DNA of 64,000 nt from positions 1 to 64,000 of IMG/VR virus record IMGVR_UViG_3300033475_000014, one strand, 5' to 3'. Below, piece by piece: positions 36,349-44,483 of the stretch (within the stretch, counting starts at the first letter, position 1; every line of letters starts with the position of its first letter). Below the pieces are notes generated by a model that saw nothing but the letters and a program-made list of their open reading frames with translations, searched no databases and was not told the origin of the DNA. The translations under genes and the position numbers were made by a program. This DNA is from a virus (taxonomy: Duplodnaviria; Caudoviricetes).

Positions 36349-36882
36349 TTACTCTTCTTTCTGTGATTGCTTAAGGGTGGCCAATTTCTGTATTGCGTCT
36401 ACAGTAAACATCCCTGGATCATTAAGCCATTTGTTTAACGTTGGTCGAGATATTCCTAATAAATCGGCTATCCACTCACGTGTGTACAAAGGATTGCGCT
36501 TTGCATAAAATTGTCGTGCTTTTATACGTTCGCTTTTCCGTGCTTCCAAGGCTATGCGTTGGTCACGAGATTTGATGAGGTGCACTATTAAGTCGAGTTC
36601 TTGAGATTCGTTCCTTGAGCTCTCATATAGACATCCGCCGTGATGGTTTGCTTCGCAATAGCCTAATGCACACTTTATCTTCTGTCGTAGTCCATCCTCT
36701 TCACCAACCACTTTGAGGACTTCCTTAAGGGGGTTTTCCACAGATGGATGTAGCTCGCTTCTAAACTGTACATATGATTTGAAGTCAAGTTCATCAAACC
36801 CATTCTCTTCTCTAATATACCCTTTGAACAGCTGTATGGCTTCGTCCAGGTTCTTAGGCTCTTTATTAGGTGTGTCTGCCAT
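36349..36882 (-). CDS. Hypothetical protein with C-terminal HTH
   Basis: REWIADLLGISRPTLNKW. Confidence 0.7.
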   Translation of the reverse strand: MADTPNKEPKNLDEAIQLFKGYIREENGFDELDFKSYVQFRSELHPSVENPLKEVLKVVGEEDGLRQKIKCALGYCEANHHGGCLYESSRNESQELDLIVHLIKSRDQRIALEARKSERIKARQFYAKRNPLYTREWIADLLGISRPTLNKWLNDPGMFTVDAIQKLATLKQSQKEE

Positions 36883-37373
36883 TACTTTGCCTCCAATAGC
36901 TCACTATTTTCGTAGATGTTGCCGATGACTTCGACATACTGAGCCGTCTGATGCGCGTTCATAGGGCTCCAGTTAGTACCGTCTGCCCAAGGTGCCGCAT
37001 GATCCAGTTCAAACCAAGCGCCTTCGGCCGACCATCGAACCTGGAATAGTCGTGACGATGGCTCTTTATCCTTCCATTCTGGTGCTGCCTCATGGCGACG
37101 GACGACATCCCCCTCATAAATCTCCACACCGTTCTTGTCTTTGAGGCCGGTGTATTGCATGAGGTATACTGTATTGTTATCGGAATAGAAGTTGCCATAG
37201 TCATCTTTGCGCCAGTTACTATTAGGTGAATAGTGAAATTCTCGAAACGGTAGTACTACCGATAAGCCCATTGCGTGGTGCCAAGTAGTTATTTGCTCTA
37301 GCATCTTCTTTGCTACGCTGTCCCACGCTCTGAATTTAATTTCTCGTTGTTTACTCACGTCATTAACTCCCAT
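36882..37373 (-). CDS. YopX-family protein
   Basis: REIKFRAWD...LMQYTGLKDKNGVEIYEGD...EVIGNIYEN. Confidence 0.9.
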   Translation of the reverse strand: MGVNDVSKQREIKFRAWDSVAKKMLEQITTWHHAMGLSVVLPFREFHYSPNSNWRKDDYGNFYSDNNTVYLMQYTGLKDKNGVEIYEGDVVRRHEAAPEWKDKEPSSRLFQVRWSAEGAWFELDHAAPWADGTNWSPMNAHQTAQYVEVIGNIYENSELLEAK

Positions 37374-37730
37374 AAGATTACTTGTTATTCTTGTATTTTC
37401 GCTGTATCAATATTGGTCGCCCCATAGTTCGATGTTTGTACCACCTCCAAAATTGTATTCGTTTACCTAGATACTCTAGCGTGTCGATTTCTTGCAGAGG
37501 AGAGCTGGTATAATCCATTATCCGCCCGTATGTTATGAGGTGTTTAATTTGCTACTCCCATAAGATTTGATTAGGCATCATTTCTCCAGACATATTTAAT
37601 TGCTACTGATAGAGCGGATGCTGCTATTAGAAACAAATATAGGTCTGAGTTCTTAGTATCGGTAAAGGCGTCGAGTATGAGCGCCTCGATAAATCCCACT
37701 ACAATGATGAGCTTCGGAACCGAAACTGTC

Positions 37731-37925
37731 TTACTCATCGCTTATCTTCTCCCTCAACCTTATTCGATTAAGTGTTTGCTCGATCTGTGCTTCTGTTGCT
37801 GGTTGCCGTAGTGTGTTTTTGTGCCAGTAGTAGACATGAACGGCAATTACATGCTTCCATAACCATTTGCGGCGCTTATACGATTTTTCGCACTTAGGGC
37901 AACGGAAAATACTATGGTCGCTCAT
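37731..37925 (-). CDS. C2H2-type zinc-finger protein
   Basis: CPKC-x12-H-x4-H. Confidence 0.65.
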   Translation of the reverse strand: MSDHSIFRCPKCEKSYKRRKWLWKHVIAVHVYYWHKNTLRQPATEAQIEQTLNRIRLREKISDE

Positions 37926-37981
37926 TTATTCTTCTCCTGTGTGAGCTGTGCATCCACATTCATCACAACGTATTGTATGGT

Positions 37982-38347
37982 TCATAGCTTTATACCTTCC
38001 TTATCAAGAGCTAGTACAAGCTTTAGAATGGCTTTGAGAGGGGTGTCTGCAAATCCAACATTTTCATCACCTCCATATCTGTAAGCGTAGCCGGGGATAT
38101 AGGCCAACCACCCCCATCCGTGGTTATTGTGTGGCTTTAGATTTATTCCTTCCGACGGCCCATCCATAAAGCCAAATCCATTCAACTTCTCTAGTAGGTA
38201 ATCTGATGTATAAATAGGGACAGAAATATCTAAATCTGGTCGATAATCTTCGTAGATTTCATGTTTCAAAGAGTTATCGTTCCACTTAGTTCGCTTATAC
38301 ACTTCCTTACATAGCTCAAAAAGGGAGTCTTTATCTTGTCCATCCAT
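37982..38347 (-). CDS. Hypothetical protein
   Basis: PIYTSDYLLEKL...ADTPLKA phage motif. Confidence 0.7.
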   Translation of the reverse strand: MDGQDKDSLFELCKEVYKRTKWNDNSLKHEIYEDYRPDLDISVPIYTSDYLLEKLNGFGFMDGPSEGINLKPHNNHGWGWLAYIPGYAYRYGGDENVGFADTPLKAILKLVLALDKEGIKL

Positions 38348-38873
38348 AGTATTGTCCTTTCATAGCCTTTTCTAATGGCATATTTTTTATTCGTGCATAT
38401 AAGGTTGTATACTTTAGATTTAGTAAATCAGCCCATTGTGCAATCGTTTTACTTTCACCTTCAAACTCTATCCAATGGTTACGACGTGTGTTGTTGCTTT
38501 GCACTTTTTGAGTTACCCAGCGACAATTACTTGGTTCATAATTGCCATTGTTATCTTCTCGGTCAAGAGTACCATCAATGGGTCTATTCCCCATATCTGC
38601 TAAGAAATTACTGAACTTTAGCCACCGTTCGCATACCTGAATACCCCTGCCGCCATAAAACTTATAGAGTTTACTATTGGGATTTGTGCAACGCTGTACC
38701 ATAGCGCCCCAAACAAAGTATTCGGGTGTTGCTGATAATCCATGCATACCTCTAATGGTATCTACTGATCCTGTTCTATGAAACTGCATGTAATGTTTAG
38801 AACACATACCAAATCCTGCCCCACGGCCTCGTGTATTGTCACAACCATCTACTTCGCATAGTTCGTTATCCAT
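38331..38873 (-). CDS. HNH homing endonuclease
   Basis: YGGRGI.VC.RW..F.NF..DMG.RP...TLDR.DNNGNYEPSNCRW; start reassigned to MDNEL. Confidence 0.85.
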   Translation of the reverse strand: MDNELCEVDGCDNTRGRGAGFGMCSKHYMQFHRTGSVDTIRGMHGLSATPEYFVWGAMVQRCTNPNSKLYKFYGGRGIQVCERWLKFSNFLADMGNRPIDGTLDREDNNGNYEPSNCRWVTQKVQSNNTRRNHWIEFEGESKTIAQWADLLNLKYTTLYARIKNMPLEKAMKGQYYGWTR

Positions 38874-39180
38874 TGTTCTTTTCCTTTTGAGATTCCAACT
38901 CATCAATTCGCTCTTGGATGTATTCTGGATTAATCTCAAGGTTGCCCTCTGCATTCATGTAAAGACCCTGACGACCCTTGAGCCTTTTCCATACTGCTAG
39001 CTGTCCTTCTAGCTCACGACGATCGCCGTAGGACTCTACAGTAGTCAGGACTTCTCGTTTTGCTTTACGAAAGTCTATGTTAGCGAGTTCTTCATCGTCA
39101 TGGCCGAGCATCCAGTCGATAAGGTTATCAAGTGCTTTATCTATGTCATATAGTGCTGATGTAGTAGGTGAGTTAGGCAT
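38866..39180 (-). CDS. Hypothetical protein
   Basis: ORF tiles the operon. Confidence 0.65.
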   Translation of the reverse strand: MPNSPTTSALYDIDKALDNLIDWMLGHDDEELANIDFRKAKREVLTTVESYGDRRELEGQLAVWKRLKGRQGLYMNAEGNLEINPEYIQERIDELESQKEKNNG

Positions 39181-39185
39181 TCTCT

Positions 39186-39503
39186 TTACTCCTTATCCTT
39201 GTTGTATTCATTTACTGCGCTCTCTAGACTCTTACTGAACATTTTGACACTGTCTTTTTTACCAGAAACTTCAAAGTATATAGTCTGTCGTAATAGCCTC
39301 TTGTCTACACGTATGATCTTTAGGTCAACATTGCAGTTGATAGCTAGTGTAAATAAGAACTCTTCTGAACCCGCCCACTTAAGAGAAGATAAATAGCTCT
39401 TGAATGTATAGATCTTATTATCTTGTGAAAGAATACTATTAACTTTCTTAAGATAGTCCGTTATATATGGTGGGGCTGATTGTTGTAATTCATAAGGGTT
39501 CAT
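39186..39503 (-). CDS. Hypothetical protein
   Basis: ORF tiles the operon. Confidence 0.65.
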   Translation of the reverse strand: MNPYELQQSAPPYITDYLKKVNSILSQDNKIYTFKSYLSSLKWAGSEEFLFTLAINCNVDLKIIRVDKRLLRQTIYFEVSGKKDSVKMFSKSLESAVNEYNKDKE

Positions 39504-39670
39504 TTCAGCTTATCCTCTTGTTGAACTTAATATGTGTATTCTTCGGTTGTATACGCTTGCCGTTCTTTATAAGCTGAATGAATCCTGCGCTACCTGTCTT
39601 CACTTCGTAGTTATCGTATGACTTCTTGATGCGATTTGGTACACGCCTCATTTCTTATCCTTTACTGGAG

Positions 39671-39859
39671 TTATTGCCAATTTGAACTAAATACACTTAA
39701 GTCTGTGTAGCGTATAGGTTTACGGGTAGGGTTGATAGGAAAGAACTCTACGCTTTTCTGACCGAACTTACTGTTTAGATAGCCCCAGTAGCTCTTACCT
39801 TGCTTGTAACCGTTGCTACCGTCTTTGCCAAGGAACTTGTATCTGCGCATATTATTCAT
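39671..39859 (-). CDS. Hypothetical protein
   Basis: ORF with SD AGGAG. Confidence 0.6.
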   Translation of the reverse strand: MNNMRRYKFLGKDGSNGYKQGKSYWGYLNSKFGQKSVEFFPINPTRKPIRYTDLSVFSSNWQ

Positions 39860-40003
39860 CTCCTAAGATTCTAGTAGGGTCTGGTTTAGTCCAGCCTGCT
39901 TTAATAAAGGCGTCTTTGATTTCTTCTATAAGTATCGTGTTACTCGAGGTGCCTTGTGAATAGTCGGTGGCAGCATCTAATATCTTGTCATCTAAATCGT
40001 CCA

Positions 40004-40249
40004 TTACTTAATCTCCTTAGGCTTCTCGACGGTTATCTTAAGAACAGTTTCGTTATACTGGAAGTTTACCCATTGAGATAGCTTCAATGACGTTGACGCG
40101 ATTACTTCATCACGTCTATCATTTGCTTCTCTTACAGCTTCTTTAATAGCGTCATCAAATGCCTGATTGATAGATTGTTTGACTGCACTATCAATACTCT
40201 CTCGTAATGCATCCAAGATGGTGTCATTACTTCCTTTAGATATACTCAT
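40004..40249 (-). CDS. Hypothetical protein
   Basis: ATGA overlap with the NinG-like gene. Confidence 0.65.
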   Translation of the reverse strand: MSISKGSNDTILDALRESIDSAVKQSINQAFDDAIKEAVREANDRRDEVIASTSLKLSQWVNFQYNETVLKITVEKPKEIK

Positions 40250-40623
40250 TTAACCTCTTTTACCTTTCCCTTATAATCCTTAATCAACATTTCCAACTCG
40301 CCATCTGTCCACTTATAAGGAGTTTTCATACTCTCCAAGATGTCGATGGTTTGCTGTCCATATTTTTCAAGCATAAACCTGTAATATCCTGTTAAATTGC
40401 CCTCATCAAACCTATTACAGCTTGAGCATTGGGCGTGTACGTTTCTTTCATCCCACCTAGTCGCCATCCATCTTCGGTTAATAAAGTGGCCAGCATCAGC
40501 GAGTGAGTAGGGTTTTAGGTGTCCGCAAGAACAACATACAAAATGCCCGTCTTTTGAATCCCTCAACCGTATGTATTGAGAAAATATCTTATCTAACTTC
40601 TTAATGAGCTGTTTATTGGCCAC
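40246..40623 (-). CDS. NinG/Rap-like recombination endonuclease
   Basis: LD.IFSQYIRLRD...CCSC...DAGHF..R...TRWDERNVHAQC..CN. Confidence 0.85.
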   Translation of the reverse strand: MANKQLIKKLDKIFSQYIRLRDSKDGHFVCCSCGHLKPYSLADAGHFINRRWMATRWDERNVHAQCSSCNRFDEGNLTGYYRFMLEKYGQQTIDILESMKTPYKWTDGELEMLIKDYKGKVKEVK

Positions 40624-40649
40624 GTCTCTCCTTTTGTGAACTTTTATGG

Positions 40650-40854
40650 TCAGCTAGTAGCAACTAAAACTCCCCAGTCGGTTCGCCGCCGGTTTGTCAC
40701 CGAATACACGGGATTGCTACTAGCTGTATTGAAGTGGCCCGTTGCAGGTACGCCCTTCAATATGGTTGACGAGACAAATCCTGACAGTTACGGGTTTAAA
40801 TCCCAGCTCGTGATGTGTCGCGACACGCAGAGCGAATATCTCCCACTTATCTCG
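40650..40854 (-). ncRNA. Structured RNA C enclosed by the conserved 16-bp stem
   Basis: 13-bp IR 40651-40663/40714-40726, 8-bp IR 40727-40734/40755-40762, ACGAG/CTCGT stem, 12-nt palindrome 40815-40826. Confidence 0.6.
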
Positions 40855-40872
40855 CCATAAAAATTCACAATA

Positions 40873-40977
40873 GATTGAGCGCATGGTGTCGGAAACAAGG
40901 TCATCGAGCCTGCTCGCCGTTCCCTATGGGTTAAAGGTCTACGTCCAGAATCATTTCCGACACTACTACACTCAATC
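40873..40977 (-). ncRNA. Long-stem RNA, family B copy 2
   Basis: GATTGAGTGTA-G-TAGTGTCGGAAA ... TTTCCGACACCA-TGCGCTCAATC; compensatory changes versus B1 and B3. Confidence 0.75.
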
Positions 40978-40984
40978 ATTCAAA

Positions 40985-41026
40985 TTGTTAAGGTATTGGC
41001 GGCCCTCGCATAGCCGCCAACTGGTT
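40985..41026 (-). promoter_or_regulatory. Hairpin plus boxA-like element
   Basis: 31 nt (40996-41026) identical to 887-917; followed by CCTTAACAATTT. Confidence 0.5.
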
Positions 41027-41034
41027 TTCTACTA

Positions 41035-41209
41035 AGGGTGAGGCAAGGATTTGACGAGAGACAGCTCCCACTGTCGTTGCCATCAATATGGGTGGACTTG
41101 TTACTCGTATAGTTACCTTGCATAAGGACCGTCGATGTACCGGCGGACTTGCCATCCATGTCGCTGAGCGTGAATGTAGCTAGCGTCTACCTATTCCGCC
41201 ACTCACCCT
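41035..41209 (-). ncRNA. tRNA-like structured RNA, family A copy 2 (175 nt)
   Basis: AGGGTGAG/CTCACCCT acceptor-like stem, D arm TGGCGGAATAGGTAGACGC, split T arm. Confidence 0.75.
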
Positions 41210-41214
41210 GGTTG

Positions 41215-41472
41215 TTAAATACTCTTTGCACTTTCTACGGACTGCAAAAATAAATCTGTAGCTTTGTCTATGTCATCTAGGCAAAGGCAAGCAGGATAAT
41301 CCTTCTTGCAGCCTTCACACCAGACAAACCCGTTATACTTACTCCAATCTAACCAATGTGATCTGGATGATAGGTAGCTGTCTGGGCACTCGAGTCCAAG
41401 TTCTAGTGGGGTCTTTGCCTGTTTATATTCCGCAATCCCCATAACTGCTCTTACTTTATTCTTGTTTGCCAT
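41215..41472 (-). CDS. Cys-rich hypothetical protein
   Basis: CEGC..Y..C.C; stop lies inside a boxA-like site. Confidence 0.65.
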   Translation of the reverse strand: MANKNKVRAVMGIAEYKQAKTPLELGLECPDSYLSSRSHWLDWSKYNGFVWCEGCKKDYPACLCLDDIDKATDLFLQSVESAKSI

Positions 41473-41567
41473 TGTTCTTCTTTCGTAATTTCTTGAAAAA
41501 TGAAAGGACGTCTATATAGTCCTCTGTGTACTCGTAATGGATTTTTAACTTAGATAATTTAGATTCA

Positions 41568-41867
41568 CTATTCGTCATCTAGTAAACTCGTAGCTTTCTT
41601 ATCTGCTGGGTCAACTGTGCATAACGTTCCTACGGTCGTGCCCATTCGACTAATCTTAGTGCCGGTCTTTTCTACAAACCCAAACTTCTTCAGTTCAGAT
41701 AATCTGCCAGTGATTGAGTTTATCGGCCAGCCGAGTGCATCAGCAATATCCTGAGCGCTTGGCCGCATCTGTTCCATAATCTTCAGTTGGTCGTATACAA
41801 GCCGTTGCTTCCTCCCTAAGTCTTTCAACTCGTGGTATGATTTCTTGCTTAACTCTGATACCCCCAT
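41568..41867 (-). CDS. Winged-helix DNA-binding protein
   Basis: SAQDIADALGWPINSITGRLSELKKFG.V. Confidence 0.75.
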   Translation of the reverse strand: MGVSELSKKSYHELKDLGRKQRLVYDQLKIMEQMRPSAQDIADALGWPINSITGRLSELKKFGFVEKTGTKISRMGTTVGTLCTVDPADKKATSLLDDE

Positions 41868-41876
41868 AACTACCTC

Positions 41877-42248
41877 CTAGCTATGTTTAACCCTGTCTTG
41901 ATTCATCAATGTCTCCAGGCTTGGCATTTCAAATACCTTGCCTGTAGCCATTACGAGATGCCCGCATAATACGTCGATTGCATCACCGATTTCTTTCGTC
42001 GTTAGTTCTTTTGTAGAACTCTTGTTGTACATGGCAATAATGATTGGCCTTAGTAAGTACTCCTTCGCAGCTTCAGGTGTCCACGGTATCTCTGCGTTGT
42101 GTTTTAGCACTCGCATCATAGATAAACCGCTTTCGTTTAATCCGTCGGCTATGTGATTCATCAGTAGGTGAAGTGAGCGATTCTGTCTAAGCGTTCGTTG
42201 TTTCACCACCATTTGTGAGCTATCCAGAAGCTCCGCGCGTTCTCCCAT
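41877..42248 (-). CDS. NinB-like protein
   Basis: QRTLRQNRSLHL...WTPE..KE...KSSTKELTTKE. Confidence 0.65.
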   Translation of the reverse strand: MGERAELLDSSQMVVKQRTLRQNRSLHLLMNHIADGLNESGLSMMRVLKHNAEIPWTPEAAKEYLLRPIIIAMYNKSSTKELTTKEIGDAIDVLCGHLVMATGKVFEMPSLETLMNQDRVKHS

Positions 42249-42496
42249 GTCCCGTATCGTCCTTTCATATATTCAGTAAAGTAGGCGTCCTGACATCCAT
42301 AATCTGTTGGTGCGCATGGCATCTTACTACAAGGTAGGGCCTGGCCTAATCCGCAGGCACCTGACGATTTATTTACTGATGATGGATTGTTTCCGCTCTC
42401 GTGCTGGTAAATGAACATCTTCGCGTCACTTACATCTGTTTGTATAGGCTTAGCATAATCTGATGCTAATGGTGGCAAGTCTATAGTGACTGCCAC
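42203..42496 (-). CDS. Lysozyme-like (SLT/Rpf-type) muralytic domain, possibly the -1 frame half of a fusion
   Basis: HESG.NP...N.SSGACGLGQ...Y...RYG.W..A..FW..H.WW; no good RBS or signal peptide of its own. Confidence 0.75.
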   Translation of the reverse strand: MAVTIDLPPLASDYAKPIQTDVSDAKMFIYQHESGNNPSSVNKSSGACGLGQALPCSKMPCAPTDYGCQDAYFTEYMKGRYGTWENARSFWIAHKWW

Positions 42497-42528
42497 CGCC
42501 CTGGTATATGCAGTAGGTTCGGGCTTGT

Positions 42529-42777
42529 CTACTGCCGGGTTTTTAACTGTGCAGTGATTTTGTTCACTTCTGATTGGTGGTCGCTATATCCCCAGTTACG
42601 TCCTACGAAGACTAAACCTACGATAACTAAGGTATAGAGGGCATACTTCATCGTGTTGTATTTGAGCTTATTAACGGTGATTGTATCTTTCATTTTTGGT
42701 TCCTTTTTGTTTTGTGATGCGAGTTCATCCTCGACATCTCTTATTGCTTTATTTGCTTGTCGTTCAGTTGTTTTCAT
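42529..42777 (-). CDS. Single-TM protein (0-frame partner of the candidate frameshift)
   Basis: YALYTLVIVGLVFVG TM; SD AAGGAG. Confidence 0.7.
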   Translation of the reverse strand: MKTTERQANKAIRDVEDELASQNKKEPKMKDTITVNKLKYNTMKYALYTLVIVGLVFVGRNWGYSDHQSEVNKITAQLKTRQ

Positions 42778-42828
42778 CTGTACTCCTTGCGATATATTGC
42801 TGGTACTTAATGATTGCGCCTAATTGAT

Positions 42829-43002
42829 CTAGAATGGAATCCATATAAGATGTCCAGGTTTCATCGGGTCGGATACGAGGTTTTCAAGTCCTTCTCCGAC
42901 GATATATTCAACAGTAATTGTCTTTTGCTTCTCAGCTTCTCGGGCATCTCGTGCCTCGGCTTCCATCTCTTGTTCAAAGTATTCTTCGTCTGTAAGTTCC
43001 AT
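42829..43002 (-). CDS. 57-aa acidic protein (missed by the ORF track)
   Basis: MELTDEEYFEQEME...WIPF. Confidence 0.6.
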   Translation of the reverse strand: MELTDEEYFEQEMEAEARDAREAEKQKTITVEYIVGEGLENLVSDPMKPGHLIWIPF

Positions 43003-43003
43003 A

Positions 43004-43579
43004 CTATTCTTTCTTCATATCCTTAAGCTGTTGGATGATTGACGATGCGTCTGCGGCTGAGTGAATCCTGTCATATACTGCAACGAGCCACTTTTCATCT
43101 TTACCTAACCCTTCACCGAGCGTCTTGATAAGGTCTAGCTGGTTAGCTGTAGCAGGTCGAGCAGTAGATGCCTTAGGTGGTTCAGGTTGCTTCTTCTTTG
43201 CACTCCCTGCGTTACCATCGTCGTCTTCATCTGCTACCAAGCCAGTCATAGCCATATCGCCATATCGTCGTAGATATGTTACAGCCGATCCAACTGATTG
43301 AGGGTCGTTCTTGACTGGGTTTAGTTTCCACTCGCCAGTGATATGCTCGCCAGACTCGTGGATAAGGTAAAACCTTAATCCATTCTCGTTTTCTAGAATT
43401 GTCGGGACTGCTATAAGTGCTAGTTTGTTCTTCTCAAGTAGCGGCTGTAGAAGCTCCCTAACCTCTGGTAGGGGTGCGTAGCTGTTTTTATAGAATGGAT
43501 TTGTTGCCGACTTATCTACGGCCTTTAGTTCTTTTTGCAGGCTAACAATAGCCTTGGATATTTCTACTCCTATATTCAT
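43004..43579 (-). CDS. ERF-family single-strand annealing recombinase
   Basis: K.ATNPFYKNSYA.L..V...PQ.VGSA.TY.RRY...TG...DEDDDGN. Confidence 0.9.
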   Translation of the reverse strand: MNIGVEISKAIVSLQKELKAVDKSATNPFYKNSYAPLPEVRELLQPLLEKNKLALIAVPTILENENGLRFYLIHESGEHITGEWKLNPVKNDPQSVGSAVTYLRRYGDMAMTGLVADEDDDGNAGSAKKKQPEPPKASTARPATANQLDLIKTLGEGLGKDEKWLVAVYDRIHSAADASSIIQQLKDMKKE

Positions 43580-43619
43580 AAATTCCTTTCTCTATTCTGT
43601 ATTGCAAAATTTAGTAGTG

Positions 43620-43740
43620 GATTGAGTGTATGGTGCTGATAACAAAGACGGCTTCACAGTCACCTTATGCTTGGTGCATCCGACGGTTGATTCCCCTTAT
43701 CGCATCTTTAGGTTTGCTACCAGCACTATTACACTCAATC
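43620..43740 (-). ncRNA. Long-stem RNA, family B copy 3
   Basis: GATTGAGTGTA-A-TAGTGCTGGTAGCAAA ... TTTGTTATCAGCACCA-TACACTCAATC. Confidence 0.75.
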
Positions 43741-44011
43741 ATTCATTACCCACAAGGGATGGCCTCAGCCTACCCAAAGTCAACTATTACCCCAGTGTGA
43801 CGCCACCCTTTGTGAATAACGAACATGCATACCTTAGTTCACTAATCCCTCCAGTAGGTAGTTGTCGCATTTCGATAAACTGTCGGCTCTATATAAATCT
43901 TTAGCCCGTTCGTAATGCTTCATACTTCCACCATCTCTTGGTAGTAGTTACTTCGTGGCGTTTACCACTCAGTTCTTGCAAATGAATTGTTAAGGTCTTA
44001 CACCTTTGGAC

Positions 44012-44037
44012 ATATCAATCTGCAATTGGTACATCCA
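44012..44037. repeat. 26-bp exact direct repeat, copy 1
   Basis: ATATCAATCTGCAATTGGTACATCCA, also at 44482-44507. Confidence 0.95.
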
Positions 44038-44047
44038 TTCGGTGAAA

Positions 44048-44078
44048 CAAAAATAACCGCCTCGTTGGCGGTTTATGT
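44048..44078. terminator. Intrinsic terminator
   Basis: AAAATAACCGCC-TCGTT-GGCGGTT. Confidence 0.7.
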
Positions 44079-44122
44079 CTTTATATCCCGGCGGCAACGA
44101 GTATTGGCGTAGAACGGGTAAT

Positions 44123-44145
44123 AAAAAAGCACCCTATATGGGTGC
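44123..44145 (-). terminator. Terminator after the half-tRNA
   Basis: GCACCC-ATATA-GGGTGC-T6 on the minus strand. Confidence 0.8.
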
Positions 44146-44157
44146 AAAGTAGTCTTA

Positions 44158-44198
44158 GTTTACAAAACAGCTGCTCTAACCAGCTGAGCTAAAGCGGC
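44158..44198 (-). pseudogene. 5' half of tRNA-Thr(UGU); att-like site
   Basis: GCCGCTTTAGCTCAGCTGGTTAGAGCAGCTGTTTTGTAAAC; tRNA similarity stops 2 nt past the anticodon loop. Confidence 0.85.
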
Positions 44199-44207
44199 AC
44201 TTACGCT

Positions 44208-44236
44208 ATTTTAGCAGTGGTTGGCTGTAAACTCAA
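44208..44236 (-). promoter_or_regulatory. Promoter driving the half-tRNA
   Basis: TTGAGT-17-TAAAAT with extended TG. Confidence 0.75.
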
Positions 44237-44312
44237 GACAAAACCCATATTTTCTACAAATTTTGTTTGAAAGGTCCACGGTTATTTGAAGTAATTCATT
44301 TAACCTACTTGC

Positions 44313-44341
44313 ATTGTAGCAAACTGTGTGCGTTTTGTCAA
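44313..44341 (-). promoter_or_regulatory. Leftward early promoter of phage B
   Basis: TTGACA-17-TACAAT with extended TG. Confidence 0.85.
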
Positions 44342-44373
44342 CATGCTTACGGCTGGAGTGGTATAATAGAAGT

Positions 44374-44447
44374 GGTAGCTTTATTTTTCTAGATGCAAGT
44401 CACTACCTATTTATTAAAAGACTTCTGATTTATCAGAGGTCTTTTTT
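44374..44447 (+). ncRNA. Candidate sRNA
   Basis: TGGTATAAT (44359-44367) upstream; AAAAGACTTCTGA/TCAGAGGTCTTTT terminator at the end. Confidence 0.45.
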
Positions 44448-44483
44448 ATTGACCTTAGTCCCCTTCTTTGCTATGATATAAAT

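Noticed and set aside
36107-36349. Alternative genetic code (TGA read-through) suggested by an 80-codon ORF with one in-frame TGA at 36250-36248
   Set aside because: TGA is clearly used as a stop in coupled ATGA/GTGA overlaps (groES-groEL, 6523, 52201). More likely two tiny ORFs or a nonsense mutation.
37367-37567. 14-bp direct repeat ACTCCCATAAGATT (37367-37380 and 37554-37567)
   Set aside because: It is the stop/Shine-Dalgarno junction (AATCTTATGGGAGT) of neighbouring early genes, a typical module-exchange microhomology.
40650-40854. Self-cleaving ribozyme in RNA C
   Set aside because: I could not find hammerhead (CUGANGA/GAAA), twister, pistol or HDV consensus cores by eye; a cmscan would be needed to exclude one formally.
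40636-40979. ORFs 40636-40860 (+), 40788-40979 (-) and 43626-43904 (+)
   Set aside because: They overlap conserved paired RNA elements, lack an SD, and the homologous locus keeps the stems but not the reading frames.
41035-41209. Calling family A RNAs ordinary tRNA-Leu genes
   Set aside because: No recognisable anticodon arm in copy 2, a 6-bp T stem, a 45-75 nt insert in the T-loop, extended acceptor stems and no CCA.
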